DNA of 63,938 bases, filler included, from Octopus bimaculoides (lineage: Eukaryota), in NCBI RefSeq assembly GCF_001194135.2. It is 10 parts of 8 records of this genome, joined end to end, with 100 filler letters (N's around TTAATTAATTAA, not from the genome) between each part and the next. Parts side by side here need not be neighbours in the genome. Positions count along the whole stretch, not along the records: positions 43,589 to 56,232 come from NC_068997.1; positions 56,333 to 57,788 come from NW_026422070.1; positions 57,889 to 60,134 come from NC_068999.1; positions 60,235 to 62,562 come from NC_068997.1; positions 62,663 to 63,938 come from NW_026387746.1; 5 more parts are not named here. One strand, written 5' to 3'. The translations under genes were made by a program, and so were the position numbers. The notes under the pieces were generated by a model. It saw only the letters and a list, made by a program, of their open reading frames with translations, searched no databases and had not been told where the DNA came from. Within the stretch, counting starts at the first letter, position 1. Each line of letters starts with the position of its first letter. Shown piece after piece: positions 50,422 to 63,938 of this stretch.

Positions 50422-50951
50422 AAACCTTCTATAAAGTTTGGCCTACAATATATCAGTAATTAAATATCTAGGACAATACAAAGCAAGTTTACAGATAAAA
50501 ATGCCTTCTAACTTTCCACTCATTAACACACTTTACTAACACACCTCAACCGCATCTTGGCAATCTTTCTGTTTCTTCATCTTTCTCACACAATCGTTCT
50601 TCTGGCACTCGTACTTAGAAATTCTAAACACAGTCAATCAAACCACTGACTTGTCTCATGCATTGGTACTGTCTCAATATACTAACCTGAATTGATTATT
50701 TTCTCAAGGTTTTCTGTAATGTAGTACTGAATTTGCCACTTTTATCATTTAGCAAACCCGACAGCCCATTTGGTGAAGCGCTGTAATCAGAGATTTTTCC
50801 AGTTATAGCCATGTGAAACGAGCTTCACAAATGTTGCAACTAGGAATACAAATGCTTTTATGCACGCATGAGCATGGGAGAGAGCGAAATGTGTATGCAT
50901 GTGTGCGTAAGCACGCGCATGTGTGAATGATTGTATGTAAGCTTGAATATA

Positions 50952-51015
<64 letters not shown>

Positions 51016-51022
51016 GGTACAG

Positions 51023-51062
<40 letters not shown>

Positions 51063-54000
51063 CACATTCTCTCTGTTTTGACATAGAACTATTCCCTCTC
51101 AAATCCACAGAACTTTGGCTTCGCACTCCGTCGGTTACACCAAAAAGTGTTCCAACTAATCTGATCAACGGAACAGCCTGCTAGTTAAATTAACGTGCGA
51201 GTTTCTTATCACTTCACAGACATGGTAGACTTTTCGTAATTCTTAGAGAGATTCTGTGTAAAAAAAACTCTGTGAAAAGGCTGGCCCTTTGAATTAGAAG
51301 TTCGACCCCATTTCTATCAGCTGAGTGGATTGTAGCAACGTAATAAATAAATTTTCTTCCTCAAAGACAAAATACACCATCGTGAATCAAAAACCCGACA
51401 ACTTCACACCGGTGCTTATATATAGATTAAATCGGCATTCTCGGCCACTATATGTTGACACAAGCCTTGTCTCCTGTATTGCTGTCAGAATACAAAGAGC
51501 CGTAACAGATGCACTAAGGCAATCTTTCTCGACTCTCCAAATGTACTATCGCTTTATAACCGAAGTATACTGGTTTTTCGTTTTGGCATGAGGTCAGCAT
51601 ATTCAGAGGGAAGGAGTAAGTCTATTGCATCGGTGTCAGTGCTAGAAAAGTATTTATTTTATCGACCCCAATTGGGATGAAACGAAAAGTCGACCATGGC
51701 GGAATTTGAACTTAAAACGTAAAAAAGGGCGAAACGCAGTATGCTGCCTATATATCTAACTATTTGTCTATCTCTCTGCCTGTTTGTCTGTCTGTCTATC
51801 TATACATACCGAAACACATTCACACTCAAACATATATATGCATATATATTTACACACGCATATGCATATACATAAAAGCATATGTGCGCATGCGTGTGCT
51901 AATGTGTAAGCATGAGAGGGGTGAAGTCGAGCGTGTGTGTACACAGATATATGCATGAACATAAATACGCAGATGCATAGACACACACATGTATATATAA
52001 ACATATACAGAGACAGAATTACATCCACACGTGTATATATATATATGTGTGTGTGGGTGCATATATGCGTATATTCACACATACTTACACACACACGTTC
52101 ACATACGAACGTATGCTGTTTGCAGTTTCGTTCAGATAGGATCAATAACAACAAAAAAAAGTATTGCAAACACCGAGAAATAAATATCATTTAATGCTCG
52201 CTGTACTGAAGTAACACCTAATAGTTTCGTACCATTGAAACACAAGGAACGTTATAAAAATCTGCCTAACCACGTGTCTTAATGGCAAGAAATTATGATG
52301 AGCTCTTATTTTAATACACGGTACATTACAACATATATATATATATATATATATATACATACATGTTATATATTCCAGATTAATTATTGCAGCTGAACAA
52401 GACATGTGTAGTTCACATACTTTCCTGGCCGAAGATATAGAAAAATATTCAGTTGGTCAGACTTTTAGTTACAGGTGATTACATCTCCTGATTTCATTCC
52501 AGAATCATCTAAATATCTATTGTTTTTTTTTCTTTCTTTTTATTATTTGATTCCTCTTGTTTTCATACGTTTATTTCATACGTTCTTCATGTTTTTCTCC
52601 TAATATTCTGTGTTTTCATTCTCCCCGTTTCTTCCCTACTCTATTTTCTTTTTAATCTTTTAAATTCTTTACTTTTTGCTTGATACAATTTTTCCCATTT
52701 TCTCTGAGTGTGTGTGTGTTGGTCGTGTGCATGTGTGTGCGTGTGCGCACGCGCGTGTGAGTGTAGGTCTATTTGTTTTGTAACATAACATATTTCAATC
52801 TATTTCTGAAACATTTTGTGCCCAGTAAGTATATTACAAAATGAGTTAGATGGTTAGATATAAGCTCTATCGAAATTTAAAACCACAATCTTTTTCTTCT
52901 TCATATTCAATTAGATTTGTCTGCAATTACACACACACGCACCCACACACGCTCACACACACACACAAACATATATATATATATACTTATATATACGGGT
53001 ATGCGTATATATCTGAGCCTGTATCTTTACATGTATAAATATGCGTAGTTATACAAGGAGATACACAAACACATTCGCACAGCCACACACGCACACATAC
53101 ACACGCACACATACACACGCACACATACACACACATACACATATACACACACAGAAGAACAAAAATGAGACTGTGAGAAAGGGTAGGAGAAGAAGGGAGA
53201 TGGAGAGTGAGGAGCTAGCGAAAAATGTATCGAAGCAATTATAAGCGATTTTAGATATAAAATCCTAGAAACCAACACATAGAAATAGACAACAATAAAC
53301 TCACTTCGACGAGTGTATATATATATTTATATATGTGTGTATATNNNNNNNNNNNNNNNNNNNNNNNNNNNNNNNNNNNNNNNNNNNNNNNNNNNNNNNN
53401 NNNNNNNNNNNNNNNNNNNNNNNNNNNNNNNNNNNNNNNNNNNNNNNNNNNNNNNNNNNNNNNNNNNNNNNNNNNNNNNNNNNNNNNNNNNNNNNNNNNN
53501 NNNNNNNNNNNNNNNNNNNNNNNNNNNNNNNNNNNNNNNNNNNNNNNNNNNNNNNNNNNNNNNTATATATATATGACTATAGACTTTACGTAATTATAGA
53601 ATATTAAACAAATTTATACATTAGATTTTAGTACAGTATCATACACAATTATACAGGGATATACACACAGACGTACACGCACACTTATATTAATCAGCAC
53701 ACATATGTATATATATATATATCTGCTAAGTACTTTTGTGTTCATGTATGCATGTGTGTGGTTCGTATTGTTTACACAAATGCGAAACTAAACGTGTGTG
53801 TAAGGACACATACATACGTACGTACGTATGTACGTGTGTGTGTATTTGTGTGTGTGCGCCTGTATCTGTGTTTGTGGTTGGTCTGTATGAATAATCTATA
53901 TTATTTTCTGGTATACTGTCTGTCGTATTTTCATCCACCAGCAGAAATTATTGCTTCAACCCGAATATTTCTATAAATATGTCAATAAAATGACTATAGA

Positions 54001-54589
54001 TATTTTAAAAGAAATATCTTAATAATTACATTTTAAATCCATTACTTCTTTGAGTTATATAACATAAATACTATTAATACACTTCATATATTCTCAATAT
54101 TTATCCATTTTGAACTCGGCTTTCTAACTTAATTCCTTGCTAACACCGCTATCTATTAATTTTATATTCATTTGTTAAAGATTTCCTCCATCTTGCACTG
54201 AATATCAAACTCGTTTTGTCAATGCTAGAATTGAGGGGTAACTATTTTATATTTTACTGTTTTGTTAAGATGAAACATCTTATCCCTATGTTTCACCTAT
54301 TCGTAGAAAGTGTTTCTAGTATATATATTTTCTCTTTCGTTGTACTGAAATATAGTAAGAGGTGAATGTGCGTGGTCTTGTGGTTAGTGTCATGATCTTG
54401 AGGTGTCGAGTTAGAGTCTTGATCTGCGTTCGCGTTGTGTCTTTGAACAAGGCCTATCATTTCAGATCGTTCCAGTTCGGTCACCTCCGGTTTAAAATGT
54501 ATACAAGTCAAAATGCTGGAAACGCTTTCTCTTTCTCTTCTTTTCTCCTTCTGTCTGTCAGTCTATCTGTTCTCTCTCTCTCTCTCTTT

Positions 54590-54659
<70 letters not shown>

Positions 54660-54771
54660 GTATCTATCTATCTCCCCTCTCTTTCCAGATACCATAATCG
54701 ATGTCTGACTTGGTGAAGGATAAGAGATTGACTAGGTACTGCAATCAGCTATCAAGAGCGTGGTGAAATCC

Positions 54772-55000
54772 TTCCCCTCCTTGGAACTTTCCAGGAAGTG
54801 ATTCCTCATCTATCTCCCCTCCACGGAACTTTCCAGGAAGTAATTCCCCCTCCTTTGAACATTCCAGGATATGATTCCTCCCCTTCCGCCCCCGCTTGGA
54901 ATTTTCGAGGAAGTAATTTTCCCCCACCTTGGAACTTTCCAGGAATTGATCCTCACATTCCTCCCCCTCCTTGGAACTTTCCAGGAAGTAATTGCTCCCC
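54772..55000 (+). repeat. Six-unit tandem array with core CCTTGGAACTTTCCAGGAAG, alternating ~42 and ~32-nt periods
   Basis: Core repeats near 54781, 54823, 54854, 54896, 54929 and 54971. Confidence 0.9.
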
Positions 55001-56196
55001 CTCTGACTAATCCATAAATTGTGTTTACCCACGAGATTGAGTATGGGCAAAATTTTACCATGTATTTTACAAGTACCTCATCTGAGCATGTTATTGGAGA
55101 AGAGCAGGTTGTGAAAGTATACAAACAATGATAAGGAATGACTTCCGCTATAATTTCTCCTACCAAAACTGTCTACGTGCCATTGTTGAAGAGAGATAAT
55201 GAAGAGGATTTGCCGTAAATATAAGGTGTTATTAAAAGCCAATGTTCCACTCACACATGAAGTGTTTAAAAGGATAATTTTAAGGTTGAATCGCAGAATA
55301 TTAGAGAATCATGAAAGGTGTTTCCTTCTAACTAGAGATGTATATTTAGTTAGAACCATCCTATAGGTAACTATGTACAGAGAAAGATCTATGATTTCAT
55401 AACTGAGTCATACACTATGACAGAGTAGATGAAGTGTGTATCGATGTAAGCTTCTACAATTCAAATGAAATAGATAGAAAAACTTTGATAGAAAAATTTA
55501 CGTTAACGTTAAATGCCGAACAGAGATCATAGTGATATTTGTTCTGTAAGACTCAAAAGAGACACTACAGAAAGTTTTACTTCTTGACTCTAACGGTTCG
55601 CCAACCTAATATTACAATTCACTTTGAGAATCCATTGAACAGTGTCGACTCCCACTGCATGACTGGTACTTTACTGTATCAAACCTGGAGGAAAGAGTGG
55701 TAAATTTGATCTCAGCAAGATTTGATATCAGACCGTATGGAATCAGTATGTATATTGCAGGCCAGCGCCTCTATTTCAAAGAATGACAAAGCGACCATAC
55801 TATAAGATAATCCTAATTAATATGGTCAAGCAGACCAAGGATACTCTACTGGATATTATTAGTAATGACTATCAGGAGAGGAAATATTTCCTAATTGACA
55901 TATCAGACTCAACTTACAATAACCTATCCGTGAGATAAATCGCGATATTAATTAAATATAAAGATTCAGAAACAGACAAGCTGAACGAAGAGACAGAAAA
56001 CAGCAAAAAAGATTGATATAATTATAGATGCCTTGAGAATGATTTAATAAAAATATGCAGACTAATGTATGAATCAAATCACAAGATCTTCAAATATTCG
56101 GAAGAGAGAAAATATAGAAAATAGTACAACTATATGCTGCACATATACTTCTCAAATATTATTCAATGAAATAGAAAATACAAAACTTAAGAATAA

Positions 56197-56232
<36 letters not shown>

Positions 56233-56346
56233 NNNNNNNNNNNNNNNNNNNNNNNNNNNNNNNNNNNNNNNNNNNNTTAATTAATTAANNNNNNNNNNNN
56301 NNNNNNNNNNNNNNNNNNNNNNNNNNNNNNNNATAATAATAATAAT

Positions 56347-56381
<35 letters not shown>

Positions 56382-57299
56382 AAACTAGCAGGGCCCCTGA
56401 ATATTTCACGGAATTAATGGTAGACTTGGGTTATTTCGTTTTGCTCACGATTCCTTTCTTATAATTATTACTTTGAAAAACCCAAATGAACACTGTGAAA
56501 TTCTTTATTCGAATTTTAACATTTTTACCAAAATAGCATGTTAAGATATAAAAGTTAAAGGGAAAATGTGAAAAGAATGTCTAGTTTTTTTTTCAAATAA
56601 TTTTCTCTTATTTTCTGTTTGAAATACCTGAAACAATTTCAAAATTTATTTGTCTACTTGTATTTAGCATTTACCTAAAACTTATTCAAAGACGGTTAGC
56701 TTTTTCGAAAGCGTCAAATTCTTTGAAAATAGTTTAAAAAGTCAGCTTATTCTTCAATTATTTAATAGCATTTTCTTTAATTCTTCATTGTCGACTTTCT
56801 CCATACTTTTAGATAGTTATATTCCCACTTGGTCACATCAAAATTTTACTTTGAAATTCTCCCGTATACCTTTGAATAGCATTTTTACTTGTTCTTAGAG
56901 TTAGTATATATATCGAAAAGCCGTTGAAATAAACAACTGTTCTAATCCTTTATAGATATGAAACGGTTTGTTTTAGTATGACAACAATCGAACATCTCAT
57001 AAAAAAGGGATAACAACTTTTACATGAAACTATATTCTATAGTTTTTTCTTCTGTTAGTTAATCACAATATAAACCTTCGTTCAATATTTTTCCACGAAT
57101 AGTATATGTGCAATTGAAGTACTTTCACAGTGCATATTTACAGCTTCCATCCCTGTAAGGACCTCCTGCGAAAAATTCCAAATATTAAACCGAGGTAAGG
57201 TTAAGATAAAAGAAAACTTTCAGGAACTCCAGTGAGTAATAACTTTTAAAATTAGAACTGATTTAACACTAAACCTCAACGTTAACATGTGATGAAACC

Positions 57300-57790
57300 C
57301 TTAAGATTGTGCAAGACAAAAGAAATGCTCTTCCAGGTTACTGAAGTATGAAGCAGGCCAAGGAGTCCAAGATGGGTTACTCGTTATCAATAAGAAATAT
57401 ATATGTGATCACTGAGCAAAATTTGAGTCCATAAGCATCTAGGTAATCTATGCCTCCAAGGAATGGAAAAGCTGCAATGTTAAAACATCGAAAATAAACG
57501 AAGTCGTCCAGCAAGCAGCTCTTTAAGAAAATAAACCCCAGTTTTTCATCAGAAGATTGTATGTTTAATACAACTCAATGAATGGGAAGAAAGTGCAATT
57601 ACAAAAATTATTTATAAAATACATGGAAAATTAATAAGCACCACATTTAAAAGTTTTAATACTTTCTACAGTATAGCAAAACAGAACCTGTCGTTTTCGG
57701 ATATTGAGGATGAGACGGAACTACCAATATAAAGTAGATAGGACAGGAAAATAGTACTTCATTCTGATAAGGCGGTTGTTAAAATAATNN
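57300..57790 (+). mobile_element. Decayed hAT-type (KIAA1586/ZBED-like) transposase fragment
   Basis: FNTFYSIAKQNLSFSDIEDETEL...LHSD resembles the FxTAYxIAKxxxPFxD..L.E motif. Interrupted by stops. Confidence 0.55.
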
Positions 57791-57915
57791 NNNNNNNNNN
57801 NNNNNNNNNNNNNNNNNNNNNNNNNNNNNNNNTTAATTAATTAANNNNNNNNNNNNNNNNNNNNNNNNNNNNNNNNNNNNNNNNNNNNTATATATATATA
57901 TATATATATATATTT

Positions 57916-57954
<39 letters not shown>

Positions 57955-59383
57955 CTTACAGACATTCACATATGCATACAAAAAATCTACACACGCGTAT
58001 ACTTTATTAGCGAACTTGGCATATTTTTGTACTCATTACCAAGTCTTCCTTTCAGATACTCTTATTCTTCGGCTTATTTGGGGTCTGAAAATATTTATAA
58101 GTATACTGAGCAGTGTTTCTGAAAATTCGAGTTGAAAGTCATTAAATAATTATATGATCTGCTTTGAACTCAATGATATCATACACATGTGCACGCAAGC
58201 ACACTTACAAATACACGTCAGCGCGTATATGTATACGTATATAAGTGTATGTAACCATGCATGTACGTTTGTACGTGTGAATTGTATAGTTCTATAGATA
58301 CAAACATATGTATACGTACCATATACATGTGTATATGCGCACACATGTGCGTATGTGTACAAGCGTCAACCATTAGAACTCCCCCACATAGCTTAATTTT
58401 CATGAAACTTGTATGTCATTCAACGTGCGTGCGTGTGTGTATGTATACATACATATATGTATGCATACTCTACATATATAAATATGCTTACATTTTATAA
58501 TCATATAAATATGTATACACACCTAGTTACATACATTTATTTACCCTAATACTCAACAGCGTACCTACATGCCTACACCTACATGTTACGCATATGACTT
58601 TGTAATTATTGTCGTTTTTCTATGAGTTAATGCGTGTTTGTGCAAGTCTGTGTATATGTTCGGTTTTGGAAGCATGTATATATAACGGAATTAACACACA
58701 CGTCTATATGGTGTTAAAGACGTATGTATAAATTAATTTCCGATGTATTGAAGCATTTTTGCTCAATTCTCCGCTTTCCCTTACAAAAGCTCTGCTAAAT
58801 ATCCCATAGTGTTAGTGAAATGGAGTTATTTACAATTAGCTATCATAACTACGAATATTATGATTATTTTAGAAGCACTCCAATAAAATACAAGCGCAAA
58901 AAAAAGAAAATAAGCAAAACAACACCAGAGTAATAAAAGGCATAAAATAAAATTAATATATGAATGAAATTATTGAAGACACCAAAAGAACAATGCGACA
59001 AAGCATAAAATAAACGTAAAAATAAAAGCGATGTAATATTAATAACAAAAATGATAAAAATAATTTCTCTCTCGATGACGTTTTGTACTCTAAACGAAAC
59101 GAGAATTGTAGCCGAATTCATAATATTCTTTCCACTAGACTACATTCTCATACAATTACCAAAAATTAAAAATGCAAAACAAAATGTAATACTGTTATCA
59201 GGAATTGCTTAAGCGGTTAAGTGACAGGCAAAAAAAAACACAAAAAAAAACACAAAAACATGCAAAATGAACAAAATAATTATATAAATATAAATAAAAA
59301 TACTATGGTATTAATAAAATATATCAAATATCTTTAGAAGTATTGATGTTGTCTATATTTTTATTATTATTTTTATCATCATC

Positions 59384-59476
<93 letters not shown>

Positions 59477-59748
59477 ACTATCATTATTGAAGTAATATAA
59501 TCGGCAAATGTGTACACTGTTAATATTTTCATATGAGGGATGTTTTTGGGAAAATAATTCAATGAGATTATCCAATAAACATCCTGTTGAAAATTATGAA
59601 AATTTAATTAATTAATGCATAAACGTAAGTATGAATACAAAAACAGCACAACCTTTACGATTCCGTTTAGATTTCACAATCAACCCACTCACACCTCTTG
59701 CTCTCTGTCTCTCTCTATCTATCTCAGTATCTATCTGTCTATCTATTC

Positions 59749-59814
<66 letters not shown>

Positions 59815-60084
59815 TTCTTCTTCAAATATATATCTTCAATTTTTCCTTGTGTCTTTCAGTGAGAATTCAGTTATCAAAACGATGGTCGCTTCAATGTGTA
59901 CGGTATTTAGATATTTGATGTTCGGTTTCATTATTGTTTAGCGGGATATCACAAGATATATGCATTCAACGTAAGTAATAAGAAAATATAAAATATCTAA
60001 CGCGTTGAATGATATTTAATTTTTGTATATTTTTTGCTTTCACCTCTCATATATATACATATACACATACATACATACATACAT

Positions 60085-60134
<50 letters not shown>

Positions 60135-60234
60135 NNNNNNNNNNNNNNNNNNNNNNNNNNNNNNNNNNNNNNNNNNNNTTAATTAATTAANNNNNNNNNN
60201 NNNNNNNNNNNNNNNNNNNNNNNNNNNNNNNNNN

Positions 60235-60440
60235 CAGGCACAACAGAAACAGGAACAAAGAGTGAGAGAAAGTTGTGGTGGAAGAGTACAGCAGGGTTCG
60301 CCACCATCCCCTGCCGGAGCCTCGTGGAGCTTTTAGGTGTTTTCGCTCAATAAACACTCACAACGCCCGGTCTGGGAATCGAAACCGCGATCCTATGACC
60401 GCGAGTCCGCTGCCCTAACCACCGGGCCATTGCGCCTCCA
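60235..60440 (-). mobile_element. tRNA-derived SINE
   Basis: A-box TGGCCCGGTGG and B-box GGTTTCGATTCC followed by non-tRNA body. Confidence 0.75.
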
Positions 60441-62326
60441 CTCTCCTCATATTACATGCCACACAAAAAGAAAAAGTCCTCAGAAACCAGATAACGTTTT
60501 GTACGACACGAAACTACTTCTTTCTTCCTTTCTTTTTTTTTTTTGTTCTTTCATTTTTAACCGTTAGTTTAGATATTTTCTTTTAAGATACCAGGTTCGA
60601 ATCCAGGCTAAGAGCAAAAGAGCATCACTATGAGATTCGATGCTTGCTAGCACAAGTATTAAGTCACCTAGTAATGTTCTTTATTTACTTTGCTTTGGTC
60701 GAAAATTTGATGGGTCCAAGTTTAGACTGTACAACTGTGAGAGAAACAACGCTGACCTTCCTGGGGGTGCCAAAGTCTGCGAGTGACTTTTATGTCATCT
60801 CTGTGTAATTCCAGCGGACCAATATTTTCGATGGGTTTTTCAGTGCATCTATAGATCAGTAAAGGGTTTTCTACAGTAAATATGCTAATACTAACTTAAA
60901 TATCGTTTATATCAAGATATTAAGACAGACATACAGACAGCGTCTCTGTTAATTTTCTTTTAAATATTTTAATTTTTCACGTCTGCTCACGTATTATATA
61001 TATATTACGTCTTCATTCTCGCATCGCTATTTTACTAAAAACTAGGCTTCACTGAGGAGGACTGATTATACCGAAACATGTTCCGAGTTGTCTCTCTTAC
61101 GTCGCGAAATTATCAAAATAATTAGAGTCAGTGAGTTAATATTGTCTTTTTCTGAGCACATCATTATTTCTAATGAGATTTATTTTTTTAATTATCCCTT
61201 CATTAAGTATGTTAATACAAGCTTAACTATTTCTATTCTAGTTAGCTGCCCTCGTAGCAATGATGTATTTATCCCACATTTGTTGTTGAAGCGTTGTTTT
61301 TTTTTTGTTTTGTTTTTTCATTATTATTATTTTACGTGACTGAATATATTAGTATTCTTTTTATAACAAATTTTAGCGAAAAAAATGATAAATATCTTTG
61401 AAATTAATTCTAGTAAGCGCCAAACAAAATTGATAAATATCTTCGAAATTAATTGCAAGAGCCGCACAAGATTAAATATTAGTTCGACTTATTGTCGCCG
61501 CTGTTGTCGTCGTTGTCGCCGCTTCCGCTGTCTTCGCTGTTGTTGGACCCAAGGCCACTCTGATCCACCAAACTTTTGGTCAATGGCCATCCAATCTGGT
61601 TTCTGTTTGTTTGTTTGTTTCATACAGGAGCAGGTGTGGTTGAGAAGCTTACTTCCAAATATGCGTGTATGTGTATTTACGCTATGTATGTATTTGTATT
61701 ATGTTTGTTCCCCACCACCGCTTGACACCCGGTGTTAGTTTGTTTATTTCCCCCCTTAACTTAGCAGTTCGGCAAAATAGACTGATAGATTAAGTACCTG
61801 GCTTTAAAGAAAAATAAGTACTGAGGTTGATTTGTAAGACTAAACCCATCGAAGCGGTGCCCCAGCATGGCCGCAATCCAATGACTGAAACAAGCAAAAA
61901 ATGAAAATATAAAGATAAAATATAGTATTTAAGGATCACATTATCTTGGTGCCCTTCCTTTTTTAACATGGTAAGGTGTTGTCTGAGTAGTACTTGGTTT
62001 CTATTTCTAGCAGATCGAGTATCAATGTAGAACAAGGCTTCTTAAAATGATGCCTGATACAACCATTGTATGAAAAATTTAACTTTCATTTATCCCCAAA
62101 TAAATTAATCGTAAGAGACGCAGGGGTGTCTATGTGGTAAGAAATTTGAGGGATGATGCAGTTTCGCAGCTCTCCTTGAAAAATGCATTTTTTCGAAAAA
62201 AATGTTTCAGATCCCTACGTTTTAGATGACGGAGATTACAGATATGACCCCACAAAAATTTTTTAAACCCCTACCCCCTTAAAATTTTGAACTTTTTAGA
62301 ATTTTTTTTCCCTGTGTTTTAGATGA

Positions 62327-62545
62327 CGGTGGTGAGCTGGCAGAAACGTCAGCACGCCGGGCAAAATGCTTAGCGGTAATTCGTCTGCCGTTACGTTCTG
62401 AGTTCAAATTCCGCCGAGGTCGACTTTGCCTTTCATCCTTTCGAGGTCGATAAATTAAGTACCAGTTACGCACTGGGTTGATGTAATCGACTTAATCTCT
62501 TTCTCTTGTTTGTCCCCTCTATGTTTAGCCCCTTTTGGACAATAA
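62327..62545 (+). mobile_element. SINE with Deu/Nin-like central domain
   Basis: gcctttcatcctttcgaggtcgataaattaagtaccag after a tRNA-like head. Other copies at 48352-48510 (+), 51625-51745 (-) and 29640-29815 (-). Confidence 0.7.
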
Positions 62546-63399
62546 AGAAATAAGAAACGTTANNNNNNNNNNNNNNNNNNNNNNNNNNNNNNNNNNNNNN
62601 NNNNNNTTAATTAATTAANNNNNNNNNNNNNNNNNNNNNNNNNNNNNNNNNNNNNNNNNNNNCTCTAGTGAAAATCGTGGTATATTTACAAAACATTGAC
62701 GGCATAACTACATAGTGGTACCCATTGACTTTGGAAGGTCGTAACTTTCAGAAAAATGAATATTATTTTATGAAATTTTCTATGCATATATTATTTATTA
62801 TGTAGATTCCGAATATACAAAAAATTTCGGTGAAAGTCTTTTGGAAGGAGGGTGGGGGACAATTTTCGGAAATTCCACTTAAATTCCTCTTAACTTCCAG
62901 GAAAATGAATATTTTTTCGTGAAATTTTCTACAAATATACCTTGATGTATGTACATTTCGAGCAGTAGGAATTTTGAAGGAAACAACTGCAGGTTATTTT
63001 TGAGAAGTGTTCCCCACTCGGTGGTGTTTCTGGTAGAGAAGTAGAAGAGAACAGAAGCAAAAATAGGAATATACACGCACAGTTAAATATAGAAAATATA
63101 AAGGGCAAACTCGGCGCAGTCACCCTGTCCCTTCCCCAAGAATTTTAAAATATTAGCTTTCCGAAACATTTTTTGCAATCTTGCAAAAACACGAATAAAA
63201 AGTACACAAATATATTTTACATACCTGTCATATACGTCAGTTTTGTTTTTTTCACTTTAAAGGTGGATTAATCCCAACAAAACAACATAAGTTTAGTCAC
63301 TGTTTCAGTACGTGTTTGTGTTCTTTATTGATCTTATGTGAATTCTTGTATTAGTTAAGAATGTTTGTTTAAAAAACAGTATGTTATGTATATATGTAT

Positions 63400-63938
<539 letters not shown>

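Noticed and set aside
58864-59121. Hydrophobic ORF resembling a membrane protein
   Set aside because: Expected from T-rich low-complexity sequence; no motifs or splice support.
60365-60440. tRNA gene on the minus strand
   Set aside because: A and B boxes are present, but no clean acceptor stem or T-run terminator, and it continues into SINE body.
61387-61455. Two copies of a 24-bp direct repeat with a ~21-nt spacer
   Set aside because: Only two units; an ordinary local duplication.

Overview
AT-rich, gap-ridden animal genomic scaffold packed with microsatellites, SINEs and LINE/DNA-transposon debris. The repeat families and composition suggest an octopus (coleoid cephalopod) assembly; this is an inference. 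All alignments and folds below were done by eye. Best-supported gene: a 7-exon, 266-aa thymidine kinase 1-like gene on + (21270-32010). It keeps the P-loop, both Zn-binding CxxC pairs and C-terminal KEN boxes, but lacks most catalytic and thymidine-binding residues. It sits head-to-head (329 bp between ATGs, with an E2F-type site) with an unrecognised ~133-aa spliced gene on - (20940-19080). Two type I hammerhead ribozyme motifs are present. One (+, 48759-48887) has an intact core and a ~100-nt rod-like stem II. The other (-, 35857-35899) is minimal and lies just 5' of a Penelope-like GIY-YIG fragment. Other content: a Merlin/IS1595-type transposase broken by one Trp-to-TGA change, Tigger/pogo, hAT and mariner remnants, Tx1 and RTE LINE fragments, inverted RTE-tail pairs in TK1-like introns, long inverted repeats, a 50-bp-arm hairpin and several minisatellites. 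Most ORFs in the supplied track are microsatellite or gap artefacts.
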